Of a stretch of DNA of 51,150 nt, positions 44,402 to 51,150 are shown piece by piece (the stretch's first letter is position 1; each line of letters opens with the position of its first letter). The position numbers were made by a program, and so were the translations under genes. Source of the stretch: a phage. The stretch lies in the sequence record PX930853.1; one strand, given 5' to 3'. The notes under the pieces are model-generated. The model saw only the letters and a list, made by a program, of their open reading frames with translations, was not told the DNA's origin and ran no database searches.

Positions 44402-45517
44402 TCAATTCATCATTTCTGGATAGTGAACAAATCGCCCAACCTCTCCATGCTCTTTGTCGTAAATGATAACCGCCGCACGGCGTCGAGATCTCCAGCCACC
44501 GCGCGCGGCGTATGCGTCTTTTGCCGCCAGGGTGCTATGTACCTCCACGATCCCAAGCGACGTTTCCGTCACGGTCTGGTGATGCCAGTGCCCTACGTGC
44601 GCATACATCGTTTTTGAGTTTCCGAAGTCCTCCCGCCAATCTGACGCGCACATCATTAGCAAAGTCTCCGGTTTACGCACTGTGTGCCCGTGATGGTACG
44701 CAAGGAAAGTTTTTCCGTATTGCGTGTGGTGAACAACGCGAGGAGAAACATCAACGTAAACGCGCGGCTCGTTCTCATATGCTGCCGCCATTGCTGCGCG
44801 TAGCCAAATCATTCCTGATTGGTCGTGATTGCCCTCAACGATCTGGACCTCAACATGTTTATGCTTTAACAGCATTTTATTAATTGCGCGGCGCATTGCA
44901 CGTATTGCAACGTAAACCAATTTTGCATATCGGCTATCTTGATCAAGTACGTGACCGCTTGCAGGGGTCACAGCCTCCAGGCCATCGCTATGAAGCATGT
45001 CGCCACCAATCAGGATAACAGCCTTTTCACTGTCAGGTGCGCACATCAAAGCATAGTCGATAAAGTTATTCATAACGCGCTCCGCCGTCGCAGTATCCCA
45101 ATTTTCGCCGCATTCGTGCTTATGGGCCATAGCGCCTAAGTGCATGTCAAAGATCGGATACAATGAAAGCGTTTCATTATAGTCACGCTCCTGCAATGGA
45201 ACTGGATCTAATCGCGGCACTTCCTCGCTAAACGCCTCCATTGCTGCGCGCATCAATGCTTCTAATTGCTCTTTGTCCTTGCTGGTTTTGGTCCACTTGA
45301 GGATTATGTTGCCTTCTTTGTCGGTCATTACTGACTCACCATGAACACCAAAACCAGGCGCTCCAATGGTCGATAACTGTCCTTGCTTTGCAAGACGCGC
45401 CGCGCGACGCTCGACGCTTCTCACATTCATTCCGTACTCTTGAGCGATCTGTTTATATGTCTTACCTGCCGCCCGTTCGATCTTGAATTGCTCATCTGTA
45501 ATTTTTACATTTTTCAT
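44402..45517 (-). CDS. HTH domain fused to calcineurin-like metallophosphoesterase
   Basis: N-terminal HTH-like KTYKQIAQEYGMNVRSVERRAARL; phosphoesterase motifs DMH, GGDMLHSD, GNHD, HHGH, GHWHH. Confidence 0.6.
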   Translation of the reverse strand: MKNVKITDEQFKIERAAGKTYKQIAQEYGMNVRSVERRAARLAKQGQLSTIGAPGFGVHGESVMTDKEGNIILKWTKTSKDKEQLEALMRAAMEAFSEEVPRLDPVPLQERDYNETLSLYPIFDMHLGAMAHKHECGENWDTATAERVMNNFIDYALMCAPDSEKAVILIGGDMLHSDGLEAVTPASGHVLDQDSRYAKLVYVAIRAMRRAINKMLLKHKHVEVQIVEGNHDQSGMIWLRAAMAAAYENEPRVYVDVSPRVVHHTQYGKTFLAYHHGHTVRKPETLLMMCASDWREDFGNSKTMYAHVGHWHHQTVTETSLGIVEVHSTLAAKDAYAARGGWRSRRRAAVIIYDKEHGEVGRFVHYPEMMN

Positions 45518-45611
45518 TCTGCTACCTATCTCATTACTATATGGTACATAACTGTAACAGCGATGATAACGGGTAACGGTAGAACAAACAAGCGCCACAT
45601 GATAACTATCC

Positions 45612-45854
45612 TCATTTATAATATTTGCGAGGCTCTCGGATTTTAGCCATTGCCTCTTTGAAATCAATTTTTGTTGGAACTGCTGGAACTCTTACCATTT
45701 TTCGCGGCCTTTCCTTGAGGAAAGTCATCTTATCACCGCTAATTATGCTCACATCTGCAATATCAAAGTATTGCGCGATCTTCTTTATATCGTCGGCAAT
45801 ACCGCATTCTTTAGCGTGATTCCATACCGCCTCTCTCCCTTGCTCAACCTTCAT
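45612..45854 (-). CDS. hypothetical protein (80 aa)
   Basis: GGAGG RBS before internal ATG of track ORF 45612..45902. Confidence 0.45.
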   Translation of the reverse strand: MKVEQGREAVWNHAKECGIADDIKKIAQYFDIADVSIISGDKMTFLKERPRKMVRVPAVPTKIDFKEAMAKIREPRKYYK

Positions 45855-46023
45855 GCTTATAATATGCCTCCGCTTGTTCAATTGGCGCGTGACCGTATGC
45901 AACTTTCAGTAAAAACATTGCGATCTCCCAATCAAACTGGAACCCTTCCTTTGAACCGCCATCCACTGAACCTTTTGCTACTTCTTGAGCAAGATTAAAA
46001 GCGCGTTTATCGAATACCACCAT
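45844..46023 (-). CDS. small ORF (59 aa), not in ORF track
   Basis: GAGGAAAT RBS then ATG; ~55 bp downstream of conserved box at 46081. Confidence 0.3.
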   Translation of the reverse strand: MVVFDKRAFNLAQEVAKGSVDGGSKEGFQFDWEIAMFLLKVAYGHAPIEQAEAYYKHEG

Positions 46024-46080
46024 TTTTTATTTCCTCATGTTTGCTTCGTTGAAATAATTATGCCCGACACTAGGCCGGGC

Positions 46081-46101
46081 GTTTTAACAAAAAGTGCTAT
46101 T
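46081..46101 (-). promoter_or_regulatory. conserved intergenic box (minus orientation)
   Basis: Reverse complement AATAGCACTTTTTGTTAAAAC then GCCCGGC...GTCGGGC dyad then CATAAT. Confidence 0.4.
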
Positions 46102-46357
46102 AGTGGTTCATTCCGTGCTGAAAATTCCACGAATCGACAAACTCTTGCATGTCATTTCTGATTTGTTCGTGCCATTTTTCAAGCGGGAGTTTTCTTGTCT
46201 CCTCAAAGCTCATATCTAATGCGCTTGAAAATTCCCACGGATCGCAATCAATCATCTTTTTCACGTTAGGATTTTTATCAAGTGCATCGCACACCATAGC
46301 GCGAAATAACAACCATTCGCCAGTTTCATTTAAATAAAAGCTTCTCTCTTTTTTCAT
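46100..46357 (-). CDS. hypothetical protein (85 aa)
   Basis: ORF track. Confidence 0.5.
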   Translation of the reverse strand: MKKERSFYLNETGEWLLFRAMVCDALDKNPNVKKMIDCDPWEFSSALDMSFEETRKLPLEKWHEQIRNDMQEFVDSWNFQHGMNH

Positions 46358-46361
46358 CGTG

Positions 46362-47093
46362 TTAGCTCCGTTTGCGTGCGCGACGTTCTGTTACAGAAGG
46401 GCAAATATCGCTGATCTTAACGTATCGCGTTTTCTGCTCCTCGCCTTCTTTAAGTTTGCGCATGACAAAAATCACGCTTCCCTTGTTGTTGCCCTGCACA
46501 GGCTCACCAGTCAATCCAGACACAAAGGCAATTCTTCCGGTGCGGGAGTATTCTACTCCACCCTCTTCGTAAACCTCACCAGTGATCCAGATGATTTCAG
46601 CCGCGTTTTTCTGCGCCTCATAAAACCATGCTGTAGAGTTGTCGGCTGGCAACAAAACATCAATTTGGTTGTTGTGCTCCATTTGCTCAATTGCTTTCTT
46701 GATAAATGGAGTTGGGTTGCTGTACGGCGGGTTAAGCCATACGTGCTTGTTGCTACCCCACCAACGCTTTAAGCAGTTTGTTTCCTTGCTATAGAACTTC
46801 TCGCAAACTGCGTTTTCCTGGCTTGCTGCCGCGTCGAGATCGTATTCACCAAATTCTGATTCCATCCACTCCACGATCTCTTGAGGCGTGCTCCACATAT
46901 CTCGCACAACGTCCGGCGTAGTGCTTCCAGCGTATCGGTTTCCGCTTACCTTATAATATTGATTTGGCTTTACTGCCTGGTAATGGCCTCCAGTTGCAAG
47001 GGCATTCCCTATAAACGTTTCTCTCTCCAACTGCTCAAAGCTAACGAATGCGTCATGGGTGTCTTTATCTAAAATATCTTTAGCCATTTTCAT
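46362..47093 (-). CDS. dam: DNA N6-adenine methyltransferase (phage Dam-like)
   Basis: NPPY motif (HVWLNPPYS) and SAM-binding-like region; start chosen at downstream ATG with RBS (track start 47114 also possible). Confidence 0.75.
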   Translation of the reverse strand: MKMAKDILDKDTHDAFVSFEQLERETFIGNALATGGHYQAVKPNQYYKVSGNRYAGSTTPDVVRDMWSTPQEIVEWMESEFGEYDLDAAASQENAVCEKFYSKETNCLKRWWGSNKHVWLNPPYSNPTPFIKKAIEQMEHNNQIDVLLPADNSTAWFYEAQKNAAEIIWITGEVYEEGGVEYSRTGRIAFVSGLTGEPVQGNNKGSVIFVMRKLKEGEEQKTRYVKISDICPSVTERRARKRS

Positions 47094-47151
47094 TTCTCCG
47101 CTATTAAAAGCCATCTCGTGTTATTGAATTATGGCGCAATCCATCGCGCCA

Positions 47152-47173
47152 GTTTTAACAAAAAGTGCTATTT
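47152..47173 (-). promoter_or_regulatory. conserved intergenic box (minus orientation) upstream of dam
   Basis: Reverse complement AAATAGCACTTTTTGTTAAAAC then TGGCGC...GCGCCA dyad then ATAATT. Confidence 0.4.
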
Positions 47174-47587
47174 AAGCATGTATTCAATAGCCAACTTAAA
47201 CTGATTGAATCCGTAGGCTACCGCAGCGAATCCTCCTAAGCTGCGAACGCGACGCAAAAAAGCCTTTTGTTCATCGCTGACTGGTGATGCTTTCCCCTTG
47301 CCTGATTTATTCACTCGTTTGATCTCAATCGCTGCAAAGGGGTATTTTCCGTTTAAACCAATCAGAATGATGAAATCGCTTACTCCCTTAACCAAGCCGG
47401 ACTGCTGATCAATCATCGCCGTTGCTTTAGACTTCTCATTCTCGTTTACCGTATGCCACGCCAGCAAATAAGGATGAGCATAAGTCAACCACTGAAAACT
47501 ATCTATCTGGTGATTAACTTCCCTTCTCGTGTCGGTTGGATCCCTTTCGTAAAACTCAAGATAATCGCCTTTATCAGTTATAGCCAT
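47168..47587 (-). CDS. VRR-NUC domain nuclease (PD-(D/E)XK), putative
   Basis: GVSDFIILIG...AAIEIKR motif pattern; start overlaps helicase stop. Confidence 0.55.
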   Translation of the reverse strand: MAITDKGDYLEFYERDPTDTRREVNHQIDSFQWLTYAHPYLLAWHTVNENEKSKATAMIDQQSGLVKGVSDFIILIGLNGKYPFAAIEIKRVNKSGKGKASPVSDEQKAFLRRVRSLGGFAAVAYGFNQFKLAIEYMLK

Positions 47588-49584
47588 TAAACAAACTCCC
47601 GTTTTGCAATGTTATCCTCACCTTTGCCGTTTTTGCGATGCGTTACGCGTACAGGAGGCATGATGTGATGAGCGTATGACATTATTTTACGCGCATTTCT
47701 ATAGCTAGCCACCATACCAGCAATCTTGCGATCCGGTATGTGCTGCAATGCTATTTTTCTCCATATCGTCCGGCAAATGTTGCTTTCTGACTCAGGGAAA
47801 AATCTTTCGTATGCCTTGAACGTGTCGCCGTTGGCCTCAAGCTCATAGCAAAAAACAATTCCTTTCTGGTTTTTCGTCATATCAACGCGGAAAGATTTAA
47901 CGTCGCACCAATCGTTTTTGGTGTAGTGCTTGCCGCTTAACTTCTCGTTAGGATCGACAAGAGAAATATCGCAACAACGGCATACTCTCGCAACTACGTC
48001 GTTTTTTGTTCCGCAACCGCGCTTGATTATCTTTTTCGTTCTCGGATCTACCTGGTCCTCGCAAATTCTGTAAGTCCAAAAATGCTCGCATCTCTTCCCG
48101 TTATCGTCTACGTGCATACATCGGCGAGCGTAAAAGCTGTTTAGCGTTCCACATATCGGACAAGTCTTAGGCTCTTTCCCGTTTGTAAATCTCTTTTGGA
48201 ATTGCGCTTGCTCAAGGATTGGATCGAAATACAAATCCCCTAACTCATCCATAGTACCGGCAAAATCCAATACAAGATGGTCTTTTTTCTTGAATCCCTG
48301 CTCAATGTGCCATTGCTTAAGCAGTCGCATACCGCGCCCCAAAAGCTGGATAAGTAATGTTAGAGATCCTATCTTTCTCAGTATTACCGAAGTATCCCAA
48401 AACGGAACGTTAACGCCAGTGGTAAGCGCCTGTACCTGAAAGATGTATTTTACTTTTCCCTCGTATGCCTCCCTCAGCCACTCTTTACGCTGATTGTCTC
48501 CAGTCTTGCCAGTTATGATCCTGTATTCAACGCCTGGCGGAAGTGCGGCGGCGGCCTCCTTGCAGTGTCTTTCCCCTGCGCATGTAACTAAAACTCCGTT
48601 CCTGTCTTTGCATATCTCATGGACTTTAGCCATGATTTTCTGTGTCATTGTTGCGTCTTGATGGATCTTTTCTTCCATCTTGCGCAATGTTTTAGCGTCA
48701 AAGTCTGAAACGCCATCCTCGCTACTGGCTTCGAACTCTGAAAGGTCATACCCCAGGTCGCCTACGTCGCCGAAATTTGTTGACACTACCGAACCAAATT
48801 TGATTAAGTAGTTTGTGTCTATGTTAGTCACCTGCTCACGCCAGAATCCCTTTTTGTTCTTATCTTCAACCAGTATTGGAACCACGCCGCGAAACTCAGA
48901 TCCAGTCATACCGAATATTCGCAATTCGTGCCCGTATGCCTCGCGACACCTGCGCATCATTTCCATGATTATTACGGTGTACTGTGTGCGTCCTGTTCCG
49001 AACATTGGATCGCCATTGGAATCAAATTGCTGTTCTTCTCCAATCAGTACAGGCAAATCCTTCTTAGTGGTCATCTGCTGGTAAGATTCATTATTTTCTA
49101 TCGCGTCGGCGAGATCCTCCCAATCCACCTGGTGACATTCATCAATACCGATAACGTGCGGAACATAATCACCTAACGACTTAAACAATCCGTTTACCAC
49201 AGTGCCCTCAGAACCGACTACGATCGGAAAGTATGCGCTTTTTGTTTTCAGTCCGGCGCAATAGATTGAGTTTGGCACGCCAAGATTGCTGATCTCTTCC
49301 GAATCCTGATCAACAATTTCAGCCTGGCGAGCAAGGACCATCATTTTCAATCCCATTTTGCGGCATTGCGCAGCAACCATCGCAAACATCAAAGTTTTGC
49401 CAGCCGACACAGAAGCCTTAACGAAGAAAGGATGCTCATAGTTTTTCATGCGCTTTGCGATCTCGGCATACGCAACGCACTGATAAGGATAAGGCACTAT
49501 ATTGCCAACCGTGAATCGCTCTTGGATGATTTTTATTACTGCCTCGCCTAACGCTGATATTTGTTTTTCGATATTTGGAATCAT
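47587..49584 (-). CDS. superfamily 2 ATP-dependent helicase with C-terminal Cys-rich zinc-finger region
   Basis: Walker A SAGKT, DExH box IGIDECHQV, multiple CxxC pairs near C-terminus. Confidence 0.75.
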   Translation of the reverse strand: MIPNIEKQISALGEAVIKIIQERFTVGNIVPYPYQCVAYAEIAKRMKNYEHPFFVKASVSAGKTLMFAMVAAQCRKMGLKMMVLARQAEIVDQDSEEISNLGVPNSIYCAGLKTKSAYFPIVVGSEGTVVNGLFKSLGDYVPHVIGIDECHQVDWEDLADAIENNESYQQMTTKKDLPVLIGEEQQFDSNGDPMFGTGRTQYTVIIMEMMRRCREAYGHELRIFGMTGSEFRGVVPILVEDKNKKGFWREQVTNIDTNYLIKFGSVVSTNFGDVGDLGYDLSEFEASSEDGVSDFDAKTLRKMEEKIHQDATMTQKIMAKVHEICKDRNGVLVTCAGERHCKEAAAALPPGVEYRIITGKTGDNQRKEWLREAYEGKVKYIFQVQALTTGVNVPFWDTSVILRKIGSLTLLIQLLGRGMRLLKQWHIEQGFKKKDHLVLDFAGTMDELGDLYFDPILEQAQFQKRFTNGKEPKTCPICGTLNSFYARRCMHVDDNGKRCEHFWTYRICEDQVDPRTKKIIKRGCGTKNDVVARVCRCCDISLVDPNEKLSGKHYTKNDWCDVKSFRVDMTKNQKGIVFCYELEANGDTFKAYERFFPESESNICRTIWRKIALQHIPDRKIAGMVASYRNARKIMSYAHHIMPPVRVTHRKNGKGEDNIAKREFV

Positions 49585-49640
49585 CTTAAACCTTTAAAAA
49601 ATGCCATTTTGAGTATATAATAGACTCATTACAATAAACT

Positions 49641-49660
49641 GTTTTAACAAAAAATGCTAT
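49641..49660 (-). promoter_or_regulatory. conserved intergenic box (variant) upstream of helicase gene
   Basis: Reverse complement ATAGCATTTTTTGTTAAAAC; TATTAT 22 nt after TTGTTA. Confidence 0.4.
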
Positions 49661-49671
49661 GAGGTGACTAG

Positions 49672-50148
49672 ATGAAAGATGCACGAATTGCAGTGTCTAC
49701 GGGTGAGATCGACAAGCGCACTATTAACGGTAACAACGGAACGCGACGAGGTAAAGACAAAAAGCCACGAAAACACAGAACCGGATTTCTTATCCTGCGA
49801 GATGAGGTAAAAGCAAGCCTGAAATCTCGCCTTGACATTCTGATCGAGTATTACGGCGGCGTTCCTGCTATGGCTCGACGTCTGCGCGTATCTCAGCAAG
49901 TTGTTAACCAATGGCGAAAGCGTGGTATGATTTCAGCCGCTGGAGCACAAAAGGTGCATAACGACTACAAATATAATGGATGCAAAGGATACCGCGCCTC
50001 GTTTTGTCGTCCAGATCTGCGGTTTGATTCTAACGGCAAGCCTCTTACTACCCGTTGCGACAAATACGAAATGTTGCGCGTAGTCAAAAATTCAGACTAC
50101 GAACCAGGCGGACGATTCTACAAAGGTGATAACAGCACGAATAGCTAA
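49672..50148 (+). CDS. putative DNA-binding protein with Cro/YdaS-like helix-turn-helix
   Basis: GGVPAMARRLRVSQQVVNQWRKRGMIS HTH-like segment; basic N-terminus. Confidence 0.45.
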   Translation: MKDARIAVSTGEIDKRTINGNNGTRRGKDKKPRKHRTGFLILRDEVKASLKSRLDILIEYYGGVPAMARRLRVSQQVVNQWRKRGMISAAGAQKVHNDYKYNGCKGYRASFCRPDLRFDSNGKPLTTRCDKYEMLRVVKNSDYEPGGRFYKGDNSTNS

Positions 50149-50155
50149 TGATAAG

Positions 50156-50190
50156 GCCCAGCGAAATGATAATATTTGCTGGGCTTTTTT
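50156..50190 (+). terminator. rho-independent terminator
   Basis: GCCCAGC...GCTGGGC stem followed by T6. Confidence 0.7.
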
Positions 50191-50202
50191 ATTGAGGTTG
50201 CT

Positions 50203-51132
50203 ATGAATACTGAAAACTTTATGACCTATCAGAAAGAAGATGTTTTGCCATATATGAAGGGGTTATGGCGTGAAGCACTACAAAGCATTTGCGGACTGCA
50301 TAGCGATGTTTTCAACAAAAAGCATCAGCCTTGCCCACACTGCGGCGGTAAGGATCGTTTTAGATGGACTGATAAGCTAAATGAAGAGGGCGACGGCGGC
50401 GCGATCTGCAACGTATGCGGTAACGACACGGGGATCGGTTGGTTAATGAAATTAACTGGCGAACCTTACAGCGAGGCCATCAACATTTTGGGCCGCTTCC
50501 TCGGCAAAGTGCCACAAGATTACAGGATCAGAGCAAACAAGCGCGCTTCACGTTCTTCTGGCTACTCGTTCGGGAAACAGGCAAGTCATGAATGCTGCGA
50601 AAAAGTGATGGCAAAAACATTAAAATTCGATCGCACACCCTTAAGCGTTTATGAGGGGATATATCCGCCGGAAGATTGTTATTATGATTGCGGCGTCAAG
50701 GATGGTCGATACATTCACGCGCTACCTTGTCACCTGGTGCATGATGACGGGCTGGATGATGAAATGTGTAACGTGCTTTTCATTGATGAGGATGGAAAGG
50801 ATTGGTTTTTAGCTCGCGACTACACGCGCGGGTCTGTTGTTAAAACAGGTAGCACAGATAAGACGATCTATTTGTGCCTTGATTGGGTTGATTCTCAGCA
50901 TGTTCATTTATCAACTGGTCAAGAGGTGTGGGCCTGCTTTACTCCTTCAAATCTTGAAATGGTTGCGCATAGATATAAAGGAGAAAGAAGAATGCGCGTA
51001 GTCTGCCGGAAAGATGATCGTGATGTGATAATCGCGGCAGAGGAAAGAGGTCTTGACATAATGATGCCTGTTAACGATAATTTTAAACAGGGCGTAGAAA
51101 GAAAACTCTACAAGCCCGAATCACTGCTATAA
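50203..51132 (+). CDS. DNA primase (zinc-finger type), putative
   Basis: CPHCGG...CNVCG zinc-binding motif near N-terminus, acidic DxD-containing core; GAGG RBS before ATG 50203; 3' end repeated at 1..37. Confidence 0.6.
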   Translation: MNTENFMTYQKEDVLPYMKGLWREALQSICGLHSDVFNKKHQPCPHCGGKDRFRWTDKLNEEGDGGAICNVCGNDTGIGWLMKLTGEPYSEAINILGRFLGKVPQDYRIRANKRASRSSGYSFGKQASHECCEKVMAKTLKFDRTPLSVYEGIYPPEDCYYDCGVKDGRYIHALPCHLVHDDGLDDEMCNVLFIDEDGKDWFLARDYTRGSVVKTGSTDKTIYLCLDWVDSQHVHLSTGQEVWACFTPSNLEMVAHRYKGERRMRVVCRKDDRDVIIAAEERGLDIMMPVNDNFKQGVERKLYKPESLL

Positions 51133-51150
51133 AACTCCGCTAGTATTACC
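51096..51150. repeat. 55-bp end overlap identical to 1..55
   Basis: Direct comparison of window ends. Confidence 0.9.

Noticed and set aside
49672-50148. Lysogeny module (repressor/integrase) implied by the Cro-like HTH protein
   Set aside because: No integrase, excisionase or attachment-site-like features anywhere in the genome; gene content matches a virulent phage, so the HTH protein is more likely a transcription regulator.

Overview
The window is a complete ~51.1-kb genome of a virulent T1-like siphovirus (Drexlerviridae-type gene content), assembled as a circle: bases 1-55 are identical to 51096-51150. Family assignment is inference from protein motifs and gene order; no database search was possible. 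Modules: tail fiber (144-2588, +); leftward recombination genes (exonuclease, ERF-like annealing protein, SSB, 2977-5975); lipoprotein (6478-6705, +); a long leftward morphogenesis operon (terminase small/large, portal, head proteins, major capsid, neck, major tail, G/G-T chaperone, tape measure, M-L-K-I, tail tip J; 6739-28307); leftward small early genes (28344-35414); a divergent non-coding hub (35450-36087); rightward early genes (36088-43143); lysis cassette (43158-44262, -); replication/modification genes (HTH-phosphoesterase, Dam, VRR-NUC, SF2 helicase, 44402-49584, -; Cro-like HTH and primase, 49672-51132, +). Gene starts were refined from the ORF track by RBS inspection and are approximate. 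Main hunt results: a conserved ~21-bp intergenic box (AATAGCACTTTTTGTTAAAAC family) in at least 14 clear copies; two homologous ~170-bp non-coding regions at the two divergent-transcription points; two ORFs each interrupted by a single in-frame TGA (one an HNH endonuclease); an SSB with a 15-residue extension past its DDDIPF tip where an HNH gene abuts; a -1 frameshift site joining the tail chaperone G and T frames; and an early region with HNH-methyltransferase and P-loop protein gene pairs of unknown role. No single feature can be confirmed from sequence alone as an undescribed system.
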